Shown in pieces: positions 26,434 to 36,035 of a stretch of DNA of 64,000 nt (its first letter is position 1; every line of letters begins with the position of its first letter). The notes beneath the pieces were generated by a model that saw nothing but the letters and a program-made list of their open reading frames with translations, was not told the origin of the DNA and ran no database searches. This stretch comes from Nitrosopumilaceae archaeon (GTDB lineage Archaea > Thermoproteota > Nitrososphaeria > Nitrososphaerales > Nitrosopumilaceae). The position numbers were made by a program, and so were the translations under genes. The stretch covers positions 128,001 to 192,000 of the forward strand of contig CBDCCK010000002.1 of the NCBI GenBank assembly GCA_965214835.1, written 5' to 3'.

Positions 26434-28764
26434 CTAAGGATTCTGTTGATGTTGTATAGTGACTGTTGTTTTTGGAGCCGTTGTACTGACACCACCCGAC
26501 GCCAGCCCATCCAGCGGAGAAGTTCCGGAGGCTATGCCATTGCGGAGCCCCTCTGCCATCGCAACCCTCTCGTTGAACTGCTCTATCCCTGCCGTTTGTG
26601 GTGATACCAGCGGCATGTTGATCATTCCCATTGCCGGCAATATCTCGTGGTTGATGGGCAGGCGGCTTTTCATGGTGATGCCGGCGAGATCCTTCTCTGT
26701 CGCAATCATCCCGACAGCCGATGCCATGTCAGTTGCCTCGGCGCTGCCCGGTGTGTCTATGGCCCCGCCCCTGAGTGGCCTGCTGCCCTGGAAGGTCGCG
26801 CCACCGCCGCCAGAGTAACCCGCAGGAGCGTGACCCCCCGTAAACCACCGCTTCATGCGCGCCCACCTCGACTCAGGCTGTCCGGCATCGCCCGCAGGAG
26901 CGTGGCCCGGCGCCGGGACAAAGACGGCTCCCGGCGGCCTCACCGATGCGGCCGCCCTGTCGTATATCGCGTTGCCCGTGCGCGGCGGAGGCGGCGGCAG
27001 CTCGTCGCCCACGTGCGCCGGCGTCCCTATGGGCCCTGCCCGTACCGTTCCTGCCGCCGCTCGCGGCGGAGACTGCTGCTGCTGTACCGCCGGCGGCGCG
27101 TCGGCGCCCGGAGTCGCGGCCCTTGCCCCGTGCATCATCCCCGACGAGCCCTCGCCGAGCCCCATCGTGTTGGCGGCAAACCCGCCGCCGGCGCCTCGCC
27201 CCAGCCCCTTTGCCGCGCCGTACGCAAGCGATCCGAGGCCGGCCCTCGTCCCCAGCAGGTTGTGCATGCCCGCAAGGCCGCCCCCGCCGGCCGCTGCCGT
27301 CCCTCCAAAGACTCCCCGCGCAGCCGTCCCCATGCCGGCGGCAGCCCCGCTGACTGCCTGCGTGGTGGCCATGACCCCTGCCATGGTCCCCGTCATCACC
27401 ATCCGCTGGCCCATCGACGACACGGATCCCAGCATGGGTACGAACATGACGGGTGCCATCACCCCCAGCGACAGCGTGGCGACTGCGGCCACCCAGAACA
27501 GGAACCGCTCCTCGTAGACGTCCTTTGGAAGTATCTGGCAGGTGGCCGCAATGTCCGGCGGCAGGCTGTCGCGGTCAGTTACCGTTATCTGGCCGTCGGC
27601 TCCCTCGCAGCTGGCCGCAAACGTGGTGGCATCATCCTCCATGTTCAGAAGCGCGACCGCACCTGCCGAGATTATCAGCGCCGTAAAGAAGGGCACCATC
27701 AGTAAAGGCACAAAGGCCTGCAGCAGCATGTTTGAGAGCCGGTCGATGTGGAACAGCGGGATGCACCGCAGCGCAAGCAGTATGGGCAGCGATATCGCTA
27801 TGATATCCACCAGGACTATCCTGACCGTGGAGACGAACACGGCCATGGTGGCCACGAACAGCAGCATCGACATCTTTGCAATCCCTGCAAAGATCGCAGT
27901 GACTATCCCCTCCAGATACGTCTGGATGTATGCTGACAGCTGCGTGAACATGGCAGTCAGATCAAGATCGTCGCCGAATGCCCCCGTGTCCAGCTCGACT
28001 GAGGCCCCAAAACGCGCCTTTGCAAACAGGTACTCGGGCCGCAGGTTATAGTCGCACATGCCGTCTTCTGTCGGCGCGCCCAGGAACTCCTGGAGCGGGA
28101 TTCCTCCCGGATGGCTCCGGTCGTATATCTCGCGGTTTATGTCGGCTATCTGCGCCAGGTACCCGTTCCCGAGCGATCCTATATCGTACGCGCAGAGCGG
28201 GTCGTCGGGGCCGTCGGGAAACCCGTACAGCGGATTTAACATCCACAGCGCCGAGTTTGTCGAGGCGTCCGATATCGGATCCCAGACGTACGGGAACACC
28301 ATGATGAATATTATCCCGAATACGGCAGACTTGAACATGTTCTTCATGTCGTCGCCGGTGACTATCTCGGCCTTTTTGAGGATCATCAGCGCGCCGAACA
28401 GCAAAAACACGAATATGAAGAATACAAGCGAGGCCTCGCGCAGCATCGCGTACTGGACAAAGCTGCTGTTGCCCATCTCCCTGCCGTCGGGCGCCACGTG
28501 AAAATCAAATCCGGGGGTGGTGGTTATCAGCTCCGCATAGTGCGGCGCTATCATGTCGACGAAGGCGCCCAGCAGCGCGATGGTCAGCAGGTTGCCTCCG
28601 ACCAGAGTGGCGATATGGATTATGGCATCAAGGCCGGGCACCACTGCCGCAAGCGAGGGGGCCCGCGATGCGAATGCCGCCGATGCTGCCGTGCGCATCC
28701 GGCCGAGCGCGCCCCGCATCCGTCCCGGGTCGGCGTACAGCAGGCGCCCGAGGGATGCCGTCAT
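26434..28764 (-). CDS. VirB6/TrbL-like polytopic membrane protein with Gly/Ala/Pro-rich tail
   Basis: Multiple TM helices, VRIVLVDIIAISLPILLAL pattern, low-complexity C-terminus; transfer-region context. Confidence 0.7.
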   Translation of the reverse strand: MTASLGRLLYADPGRMRGALGRMRTAASAAFASRAPSLAAVVPGLDAIIHIATLVGGNLLTIALLGAFVDMIAPHYAELITTTPGFDFHVAPDGREMGNSSFVQYAMLREASLVFFIFVFLLFGALMILKKAEIVTGDDMKNMFKSAVFGIIFIMVFPYVWDPISDASTNSALWMLNPLYGFPDGPDDPLCAYDIGSLGNGYLAQIADINREIYDRSHPGGIPLQEFLGAPTEDGMCDYNLRPEYLFAKARFGASVELDTGAFGDDLDLTAMFTQLSAYIQTYLEGIVTAIFAGIAKMSMLLFVATMAVFVSTVRIVLVDIIAISLPILLALRCIPLFHIDRLSNMLLQAFVPLLMVPFFTALIISAGAVALLNMEDDATTFAASCEGADGQITVTDRDSLPPDIAATCQILPKDVYEERFLFWVAAVATLSLGVMAPVMFVPMLGSVSSMGQRMVMTGTMAGVMATTQAVSGAAAGMGTAARGVFGGTAAAGGGGLAGMHNLLGTRAGLGSLAYGAAKGLGRGAGGGFAANTMGLGEGSSGMMHGARAATPGADAPPAVQQQQSPPRAAAGTVRAGPIGTPAHVGDELPPPPPRTGNAIYDRAAASVRPPGAVFVPAPGHAPAGDAGQPESRWARMKRWFTGGHAPAGYSGGGGATFQGSRPLRGGAIDTPGSAEATDMASAVGMIATEKDLAGITMKSRLPINHEILPAMGMINMPLVSPQTAGIEQFNERVAMAEGLRNGIASGTSPLDGLASGGVSTTAPKTTVTIQHQQNP

Positions 28765-28769
28765 CGCAG

Positions 28770-29486
28770 TCACTGCCCCCCTCCTCCTCCTCCCCCCTTC
28801 TTGGCAAAGCGGACGGTATCCCGGTACAGCTCCTCGCCGTCGGGGCCGGCTATCCTTATTCTCTTTGGTCCGTACCTGTCTATCATTACGGTCCACGAGA
28901 CCTTGCCGCCCTTTTCTGTCGGCGCGCTTGCGACCAGCTGCTCTTCTGCACCGTCTGGCTCTCCCATGTATATGGCGCATCTCGTGAACCTCTTTTCTGC
29001 GGACGTCCTGACCGTTATCGTCAGCGGCATCTCAATGTCGTCTATGTACATCGTATTTTCCGTGCCTGCTGCTGCCGACTTGGGCATCGCCGGGCTGCCG
29101 CCGGACTTGCCGCCTGCCGCCGCCGTTGCTGTTGTTGCTGCTGCCGCCTGCCCGTCAGCTGACCGCAGTCCCGCGCCTGCAAGCCTGGATGCCTCCGGCC
29201 TCCTCTTCTTTGTTCCCCTTCCCGATACCCCCAGATGGAACTGCAGCATCGCCGCTATCTGCCTCTCCGGCGCAAGAAACCCGCTGGGCTTGAGCCCTAT
29301 GACCAGGATGAACAGCCCGATGGCAGCCGACGCAGGATGCCAGGATCCGGAGACGGCCGCAGATATCAGCCCCAGCCCGAAGGTCAGCGACAGTATCTGG
29401 CGCGGCGAGAACCGGTACACCGATAAATCTACCCACCGTATGTCCATCAGCGACTTTGTGGGAACGGACAGTATTCTCATATCCAT
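28770..29486 (-). CDS. PrgI/VirB3-like membrane protein
   Basis: FSPRQILSL followed by 2 TM helices and KPSG..PE, PrgI-like layout; directly upstream of the VirB6-like gene. Confidence 0.55.
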   Translation of the reverse strand: MDMRILSVPTKSLMDIRWVDLSVYRFSPRQILSLTFGLGLISAAVSGSWHPASAAIGLFILVIGLKPSGFLAPERQIAAMLQFHLGVSGRGTKKRRPEASRLAGAGLRSADGQAAAATTATAAAGGKSGGSPAMPKSAAAGTENTMYIDDIEMPLTITVRTSAEKRFTRCAIYMGEPDGAEEQLVASAPTEKGGKVSWTVMIDRYGPKRIRIAGPDGEELYRDTVRFAKKGGGGGGGQ

Positions 29487-29592
29487 GACATCAGGATTTG
29501 TATTAAAGGACTAAATTGGTGCCAAAATGGGCATGTTTGGAGCCGAATCTGCAGGTAGTACACCAGGACTAATCCTGTATGGAATGGGACTC

Positions 29593-29684
29593 AAGTCATT
29601 GACGGTACCGCATCATCACAGGTACATGTGTGACTATTTCAGCTTGCCGCTTATCTCATCCAGCTTGCCGTTCATCTCCCTGAG
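29593..29684 (+). repeat. ~92-bp inverted repeat, left arm (pairs with 34808-34899)
   Basis: AAGTCA(T/C)TGACGGTACCGCATCATCACAGGTACATGTGTGACTATTTCAGCTTGCCGC... one mismatch. Confidence 0.9.
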
Positions 29685-30032
29685 CGTGTCGCGCATATCC
29701 CTGAGGGTCTCTGATATGTCATCAAGCTTGTCCAGCTTCTTGTCCATAGTGTCCAGCTTGTCCAGCTTCTTGTCCATAGTGTCCAGCTTGTCCATGATCT
29801 TCTTCGTGTCACCCCTGCTTAGAAACATGTCAATCACAAAAACCGCGATTCCTATTAAAGCCCCAAAAATGATGCCTAGTGCAGGACTGTCAAACTGGTT
29901 CCAGAAAAAGAATGTGGCTATCAGGGCGGCGGCTACCACTATTGTACAATGTATCGTCAGTGCGATCCAGTCCCTAGTCCCTGGTGGCTCTTGGAGCTTT
30001 CTCCCCATCATGAGGAGTTGTTTGAGTGTCAT
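29634..30032 (-). CDS. 2-TM + heptad-repeat (MDKKLDKL) coiled-coil protein, copy 1
   Basis: MDKLDTMDKKLDKLDTMDKKLDKLDDISETL. Confidence 0.85.
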   Translation of the reverse strand: MTLKQLLMMGRKLQEPPGTRDWIALTIHCTIVVAAALIATFFFWNQFDSPALGIIFGALIGIAVFVIDMFLSRGDTKKIMDKLDTMDKKLDKLDTMDKKLDKLDDISETLRDMRDTLREMNGKLDEISGKLK

Positions 30033-30075
30033 GCTAATATGTGATCATGTCAGAAGATGTCGTGGGAGCCTTGCG

Positions 30076-30453
30076 TTACTTTCTCTCCGGAAGGCGCTCG
30101 CGCAGGATGTCGCGAATCTCCTTTAGAATGTCTTTCATTTCAACCTGTGTCTCTATGATGTCGTCCAGCTTGCCGTCTATGCTGTCAAGCTTGGCATCCA
30201 TGCTGTCAAGCTTGGCATCCATGCTGTCAAACCTGTCCCTTACCTCGTCCATTGACTTTCTTGACAGAAACATTCCACCCACGAAAAAGGAGCTTGCTAT
30301 TAAAGCCGAAATGAAGAACGCTTCTGGCGGATCGATGCTCGGGAGAAGGTAGCTCAGCAGCAATGAGAGAAGGAAGAACAGTCCGATGGCCGCGAGCATC
30401 ATGTGATAGTTTATGTTGCTGCCCCTGTCATCCCTGCGGCCGTCTGTCTGCAT
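30076..30453 (-). CDS. 2-TM + heptad-repeat protein, copy 2
   Basis: DSMDAKLDSMDAKLDSIDGKLDDIIETQVEMKDILKEIRDILRERLPER. Confidence 0.85.
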   Translation of the reverse strand: MQTDGRRDDRGSNINYHMMLAAIGLFFLLSLLLSYLLPSIDPPEAFFISALIASSFFVGGMFLSRKSMDEVRDRFDSMDAKLDSMDAKLDSIDGKLDDIIETQVEMKDILKEIRDILRERLPERK

Positions 30454-30597
30454 CAGTCTGTGTTGTGGCGAGGCCGTGTAAGTCTTTCCCCTGTACTCCC
30501 GGTTGCATGCAGCCTGCCCGCATTCGCATCACCCTGCGGTTCCGCGCTTCCCGGGGCCGCCGGCGACGTCCCGCAACGCGCAGCACCGTCAATTATT

Positions 30598-30729
30598 TCA
30601 GATTCCCATTCCCCACATGATCAATCCCGTGATGACGCCCAATACAAAGAATATGGCAACGCCCACGGCGGTGTCTTTCATTTCACCCATCAGCCTGCCG
30701 TCTTTCTGCCCATATGCCGCATTCCTCAT
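30598..30729 (-). pseudogene. Remnant of the C-terminal TM part of 34905-35507
   Basis: MRNAAYGQKDGRLMGEMKDTAVGVAIFFVLGVITGLIM vs VRYASYGQGDGRLMDEIIGTAAGIAIFSVLGIITGIIM. Confidence 0.6.
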
Positions 30730-30843
30730 ATTGCCGCCATCTGAATGCCATCGGTTCTGTCCAGCAATCGGTTGAAACTGGACAGCCTGATGCCTACACG
30801 TGCGCGGCCCCTTCGCCCTGCCTGCCAGAGTGCGGATGCGCCG

Positions 30844-31116
30844 CTATTTCAGCTTCCGGCTGATCTCGCCAAGCTTTCCGTTTATCTCCCTGAGCGTGTC
30901 GCGCATCTCCTTTAGGGTCTCCGATATGTCGTCAAGCTTGTCCAGCTTCTTGTCAATGGTGTCCAGCTTCTTGTCCATCGTCTCAAGCTTGTCCAGCTTC
31001 TTGTCAATGGTATCAAGCTTGCCTCCAAGCAGCTCCTCGGTCTTTCTGATTCTCCTTTCGCTCAGCAACAAGTTGACTATGAAAAGCGGCAAGGCAAATA
31101 AAACCGAAAAGAACAC
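30844..31116 (-). pseudogene. 3'-half tandem duplicate of 31127-31555 (heptad-repeat family)
   Basis: ALPLFIVNLLLSERRIRKTEELLGGKLDTID...; lacks first TM helix and a good start. Confidence 0.7.
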
Positions 31117-31126
31117 GAATTCACGG

Positions 31127-31555
31127 CTATTTCAGCTTCCGGTTGATCTCGTTAAGGGTGTCGCGCATATCCCTGAGTATCTTCGATATGTCGTCAAGCT
31201 TGTCCAGCTTCTTGTCCATCGTCTCAAGCTTGTCCAGCTTCTTGTCAATGGTGTCCAGCTTCTTGTCCATCGTCTCAAGCTTGTCCAGCTTCCTGTCAAT
31301 GGTATCAAGCTTGCCTCCAAGCAGCTCCTCCGTCTTTTTGATCCTCCTCTCGCTCAGCAACAAGTTGATTACGAAAAGCGGCAAAGCAATTAAAGCCGAA
31401 AAGAACAGCCACGTCTGGATGGCCTCGCCGTAGACGGCGTGTATCTCCGGCCACAGCAGCCTGAGCACGACCGACAATGCGGCCGCCAGAAGGAACGACA
31501 CCGCCGCGATAATCAGCATCACAAAGTAAATCATCGGGCCGTTGAGTCCGGTCAT
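31127..31555 (-). CDS. 2-TM + heptad-repeat protein
   Basis: MTGLNGPMIYFVML...KLDKLETMDKKLDTIDKKLDKLETMDKKL. Confidence 0.85.
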   Translation of the reverse strand: MTGLNGPMIYFVMLIIAAVSFLLAAALSVVLRLLWPEIHAVYGEAIQTWLFFSALIALPLFVINLLLSERRIKKTEELLGGKLDTIDRKLDKLETMDKKLDTIDKKLDKLETMDKKLDKLDDISKILRDMRDTLNEINRKLK

Positions 31556-31737
31556 GACACACTGTCCACGCTAGGGCTAATTAAGGAGGCGGTCACCGTT
31601 TGTATCAAAGTCGTAACTTGCCCCCGAATCCGGGGATCCGGCGGCGGCTGTCCGGCGGCGCATGTGAGGACCGGCGGCAATACCTGGCCGACGTCCATGA
31701 TCGCCACCTTAATTGGCCCCGATGGGTGCAGGATGTC

Positions 31738-32103
31738 ATGGCGGGGCGCGACTGGTCGGATATAATGCACAGGATGGCCAGCATTGCGATAGCGGTCCCC
31801 ATTGCGATACTGCTTGCGGCCCACGTACTCGTATTCCTTTTTCCCGACTGGAAGGCCGCCTACTATGAAACGCTCCTGGCTGTAGCCTTCATTTCGTCTT
31901 TAATAGCATTGCCGCTATTCGGGTTCAACATGTGGCTTGGCAACAGCGGCAAGAAGGAGATCATGGACAAGCTTGAGACGATGGACAAGAAGCTGGACAA
32001 GCTGGAGACGATGGACAAGAAGCTGGACAAGCTGGACGACATGTCAGAGACCCTCAAGGAGATGCGCGACACGCTAAACGAGATCAACCGGAAGATGAAA
32101 TAG
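31738..32103 (+). CDS. 2-TM + heptad-repeat protein (opposite strand)
   Basis: ALPLFGFNMWLGNSGKKEIMDKLETMDKKLDKLETMDKKL. Confidence 0.8.
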   Translation: MAGRDWSDIMHRMASIAIAVPIAILLAAHVLVFLFPDWKAAYYETLLAVAFISSLIALPLFGFNMWLGNSGKKEIMDKLETMDKKLDKLETMDKKLDKLDDMSETLKEMRDTLNEINRKMK

Positions 32104-32113
32104 CCGCGCATCC

Positions 32114-32359
32114 GTGTTTGTTTCGTCTTTAATAGCATTGCCGCTATTCGGGTTCAACATGCGGCTTGGCAACAGCGGCAAGAAGGAGATCATGGACAAG
32201 CTTGAGACGATGGACAAAAAGCTGGACTCCATGGACAAAAAGCTGGACTCCATGGACAAGCTTGACGAGATGTCAGAGACGCTCAGGGAGATGCGCGACA
32301 CCCTCCAGCAGATGAACCGAAGACATGGATTTCAGCCAGATACCCTGGAAAGGCTTTAG
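32114..32359 (+). pseudogene. 3'-half tandem duplicate of 31738-32103
   Basis: Near-identical SSLIALPLFGFNM.LGNSGKKEIMDKLETMDKKL with a different C-terminus. Confidence 0.7.
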
Positions 32360-32447
32360 CGCATCAAACAGAGAAGACATCTCAGGCGCCGAAAGCCAGG
32401 AATTCCGGCCGGTTCCCCCGGAAGACTGAAATGCCGTCCCTCTCCCA

Positions 32448-33527
32448 TTACCTGCGCCGCCTTGCACACACCACCATCAGCGCGGCAATGCCCGGTAGTG
32501 CAGCTGCCACTATCATGACTTCATACCTTCCCTCCTCCAGGATTTCACGGATGATGCCACGTTCCGTGCGCGGCCGGTCTTCCGGCGCGGCGTCCGGTTC
32601 GGAATTCGCGTTCCTGCCCGTGTCCGGAGACTCCTGCAGGGGTTCTGCCGGGGCCTGCTGTCTGTTCTCCTGCCCGTGCGCGCTGCCCGTATCATCCGTC
32701 GCAGTCCCGACCGTAATCGTAAACGTTGCGCTGGCAGGCGCCTGCGACCACGGGGAGCCTGCCACCACCTCGTACGTTCCGCCTGCGAGTCTTCCCACCA
32801 TCGCCGCAGTGTCGATTTCCAGGGCGTATGTGCCGTCCGGCCCCACGTCTACCGCCCTGTAGGTGGGCCCCAGGCTTGTCCCTATCATGACCTTCTCTCC
32901 ACGCATCCCCGACGAGCCGTATATGCGGACGGTATCGCCCTCCTCGTAATGGCGCCTGTCCGTGTTTACAGTAAGAAATGACGCCATTGCATCATCAATG
33001 GCAGGATTCCCCGACGTCCCTGTCCGGCCGTCCTGCAGCCCGCTGCCTGGCGGCCCTCCCATATATCGCATCTCAAATGCCACCTGTCCCAGCACCTTCC
33101 CGCCTGCTTTAGCAGACACAAAGTACGTTCCAGGATCGCTGGTGTAATAGTCCAGCGCGTAATGCGAGACAAACCCGCCGTCCCTTGCTGCCAGCACGTT
33201 GTGTGTCTCGGAGATGTCGTCAGGATGCACTATCGTTATGTGTACAGGCATCCGGCCTGCCTCATACAGGATGCCTGTTATGTGCACTGCCACCCGCTCC
33301 CCGGGGCCTACCGCATAGTCGAACATGTCAACTCCCACCTCCCCGTGGGAGGTGTTTCCCGTGTTGGCGCGTGCGGCATGCGCCGCATCATAATCATGCA
33401 TTGCAAATGCCGCAGTCAGCATGCACAGCATCATGATGACGCATGCCGCACGGGCATCTCCCGACAGATCCCGCCCGGACCTGCGCGGCACGTCCGTTCC
33501 AGGCGCCCCCGGCAGAAGGATCCGCAT
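32448..33527 (-). CDS. Surface protein with two Ig-like domains and C-terminal TM anchor (PIN-less paralogue of 17868-19805)
   Basis: HGEVGVD.F.YAVG...GKVLGQV.FEMRYMGGPP and TDRRHYEEGDTVRIYG shared; ends TM-RRRR. Confidence 0.8.
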   Translation of the reverse strand: MRILLPGAPGTDVPRRSGRDLSGDARAACVIMMLCMLTAAFAMHDYDAAHAARANTGNTSHGEVGVDMFDYAVGPGERVAVHITGILYEAGRMPVHITIVHPDDISETHNVLAARDGGFVSHYALDYYTSDPGTYFVSAKAGGKVLGQVAFEMRYMGGPPGSGLQDGRTGTSGNPAIDDAMASFLTVNTDRRHYEEGDTVRIYGSSGMRGEKVMIGTSLGPTYRAVDVGPDGTYALEIDTAAMVGRLAGGTYEVVAGSPWSQAPASATFTITVGTATDDTGSAHGQENRQQAPAEPLQESPDTGRNANSEPDAAPEDRPRTERGIIREILEEGRYEVMIVAAALPGIAALMVVCARRRR

Positions 33528-33775
33528 CAGGGCCACCACCCCTGCCATTCGGCCGGAAACGCCAGCATTGCTGCTGCCATGAAGACTGCGTTTGCGGCTA
33601 TCGGAATCCAGAGCGAGTGCACAAGGTGCCTCCGTGCGGCCTCGCGGTTGCGGTCCTTCCACACAAGATAGCACACAAGCCCGGATATCACCCAGCAGAA
33701 CACGTGCGCGACCCACCACAGCCTTGACGGGGACCCGGCCTGAACGGGGCCTGCCGGAGGCCCTTCTGAGGACAT
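33527..33775 (-). CDS. Small 2-TM protein (paralogue of 8594-8821)
   Basis: PSRLWWVAHVFCWVISGLVCYLVWKDRN. Confidence 0.75.
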   Translation of the reverse strand: MSSEGPPAGPVQAGSPSRLWWVAHVFCWVISGLVCYLVWKDRNREAARRHLVHSLWIPIAANAVFMAAAMLAFPAEWQGWWP

Positions 33776-33828
33776 GCATGATCCAGCCGCGTTTGCTATT
33801 AAAGATGAAAAATGGTGCCTGCCGGCAG

Positions 33829-34224
33829 TCACGTCCTTTCAGGAAGACGCTCTCGCAAAATGTCGCGTATCTCCTTTAGAATGTCTTTCATTTCAACCTG
33901 TGTCTCTATGATGTCGTCCAGCTTGTCCAGCTTCTTGTCCATCGTCTCCAGCTTGTCCAGCTTCTTATCCATGCTGTCCAGCTTCTTGTCCTGCTTTTCG
34001 AAGGCGGCCATGATTTTTTTCATGTCCTTTTCGCTCAGAATCAATGCCATCAGGAAGAAGGTGATTGGAATAAAAACGCCAAATACCAAGCCCAGCACCC
34101 AGTCATAACCGAAATAGAATACGGCAAGTAAGATGAGCAGATCCACGAAGGCGGAGGCTGCGATCGTTATGGCAAGAATGCGGCGATCAATTCTGCCTAT
34201 GACTGCCTTCAATCCACCGGACAT
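33829..34224 (-). CDS. 2-TM + heptad-repeat protein
   Basis: C-terminus DDIIETQVEMKDILKEIRDILRERLPER identical to 30076-30453. Confidence 0.85.
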   Translation of the reverse strand: MSGGLKAVIGRIDRRILAITIAASAFVDLLILLAVFYFGYDWVLGLVFGVFIPITFFLMALILSEKDMKKIMAAFEKQDKKLDSMDKKLDKLETMDKKLDKLDDIIETQVEMKDILKEIRDILRERLPERT

Positions 34225-34493
34225 GATTCTTTCACGGGTCTGCACGTTATATCGATGTTGGATGCAGTTCCACGGGTTCACATGCAGTCTGTCATTTGAG
34301 ATTAGTGTAGGTTTCGGTCAGGCATGGAATTGCAGGCCAGACAGAACAGTCATGACGGGACAGTCGTTTCTGCAAAGCCTGACACTGACGGCGACAGGTT
34401 CCCGTCGATATTCTGGTGACGGTGGCAGGCTGGTGACATCAGGACTGATGGCATCTACGAGTGGAGGAAGGCAGGTGGCGGGGACAGTACGTC

Positions 34494-34858
34494 ATGACGA
34501 GACTCAATGGCCCGATGATTTACTTTGTGATGCTGCTCATCGCACTGGTGTCGTTTCTCCTGTCAGGCGCGTCGCTGATCATATTCAGGCTGCTGTTGCC
34601 GGAGATACATGCCGTCCATGGCGAGGTCATCCAGACGTGGCTGTTCTTTTCGGCTTCATTTGCTTTGCCGTTATTTGGAATCAACTTGTGGTGGAGTGTG
34701 ACACATCTTGACAGAATGGAGAAGTTCGGAGACAAGTTGACGTCATCGATGGCAAGCTGGACAGCATGGATAAGGAGATCTACAAGCTTGACGACATATC
34801 GGAGACCCTCAGGGAGATGAACGGCAAGCTGGATGAGATAAGCGGCAAGCTGAAATAG
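34494..34858 (+). pseudogene. Heptad-repeat family copy with 1-nt frameshift near 34735
   Basis: N-terminus like 31127-31555; AAGTTGAC instead of AAGCTTGAC; shifted frame continues KLDSMDKEIYKLDDISETLREMNGKLDEISGKLK*. Confidence 0.75.
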
Positions 34859-34899
34859 TCACACATGTACCTGTGATGATGCGGTACCGTCAGTGACTT
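34808..34899 (-). repeat. ~92-bp inverted repeat, right arm (pairs with 29593-29684)
   Basis: Reverse complement matches 29593-29684 with one mismatch. Confidence 0.9.
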
Positions 34900-34904
34900 T
34901 GGAT

Positions 34905-35507
34905 TCACATTCCATACAGGATTATTCCCATGATTATTCCTGTGATGATGCCCAGGACAGAGAATATGGCAATACCTGCAGCGGTGCCTATTATTTCATC
35001 CATCAGCCTGCCGTCTCCCTGCCCATATGACGCATATCTCACATTTTCACCATCCGAAGACCCGGAATCCTGCATGTTGCTGGCTGCCGCAGGCCGTGTC
35101 TTTTGCCCATCCTCCAGCACGCAATCATCGCAAATATTCGGATGAACTCCTTTATTGTAGCACCGCACCGGATTGTCCATGCCGCCGCCGCATCCCGGAT
35201 GATGACAAAATATGAGCATGCGATGTTTCATGTTTTTGTCGCATCTGCTGCACCGCGTCTCCATGGGTGTAGCATACCTCACATTTCCACCATCCAAAGG
35301 TTCGAAATCCTGTAGATCACGGGCAGTTGCTGCAGGCCGTGCCTTTTGTACATCCTCCAGCACGCAGTCACCGCAAATATTCTGATGTGATTTTTTGTTG
35401 TGACACCTTACAGGACTGCCCAGGGCACCGCCGCATCCCGGATGATAACAAAATATGAGCATGCCGTGCATTATGTTTTTGTCGCATCTGTAGCACCGCG
35501 CCTTCAT
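34905..35507 (-). CDS. Tandem Cys/His (zinc-finger-like) repeat protein with C-terminal TM anchor
   Basis: Two copies of RC.RCDKN..H.MLIFC.HPGCGG....PVRC.NK..H.NIC.DCVLED. Confidence 0.75.
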   Translation of the reverse strand: MKARCYRCDKNIMHGMLIFCYHPGCGGALGSPVRCHNKKSHQNICGDCVLEDVQKARPAATARDLQDFEPLDGGNVRYATPMETRCSRCDKNMKHRMLIFCHHPGCGGGMDNPVRCYNKGVHPNICDDCVLEDGQKTRPAAASNMQDSGSSDGENVRYASYGQGDGRLMDEIIGTAAGIAIFSVLGIITGIIMGIILYGM

Positions 35508-35704
35508 GGGTGCAACACCTCTCTCTCACCGCAGCAGGCAACCTCCAATCTATCATATCGAGCCATCAGGCTGCCGTCTCCCTACACGCCTGCTGCCTGC
35601 CCCAAATGCGCTGCACGCAAAATACGCCATTATTATAATGACTATGGCGCCCGTCGCCCCGATCCTGGAGACATCAATCATGATACCATGACGCATGTTT
35701 GCAT

Positions 35705-35965
35705 TTAACTGCCCCCACCGCCCGTCCCCTTCCTCCACTCGTAGATGTCCATCAGCCCCGACGTCACCAGCCGGCCCCGCCTGTACAGCGAGATCCGGTG
35801 CAGCGTCCTGCCGCTTCTGTGGAGGCTGCGCTCCTCCATGACTATCCTGTATATCCCAAAGTGCGCCTCGTCGCCGTCCCCGAGGTCCCCGATCGCGGAG
35901 GTTATCGTCTCAGGAGAGTGTCCCGTTATCGAGCACATGCGCACAAACGCATCACCGTACCTCAT
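35705..35965 (-). CDS. Hypothetical protein, last gene of surface-protein operon
   Basis: Co-oriented after 36036-39221; its 3' end has a degenerate inverted copy at 34421-34487. Confidence 0.6.
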   Translation of the reverse strand: MRYGDAFVRMCSITGHSPETITSAIGDLGDGDEAHFGIYRIVMEERSLHRSGRTLHRISLYRRGRLVTSGLMDIYEWRKGTGGGGS

Positions 35966-36035
35966 GCCCGTATCTGTACCGTTTGAATTTAACCCGGCTT
36001 TTTGCGCAGCAGGCAGCCTGCATGCCGGTCCTGTG

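Noticed and set aside
29634-34858. Heptad DNA repeats as a CRISPR-like array or DGR template/variable repeats
   Set aside because: The repeats are in-frame coding units without unique spacers. There is no reverse transcriptase, and I saw no adenine-specific mismatch pattern.
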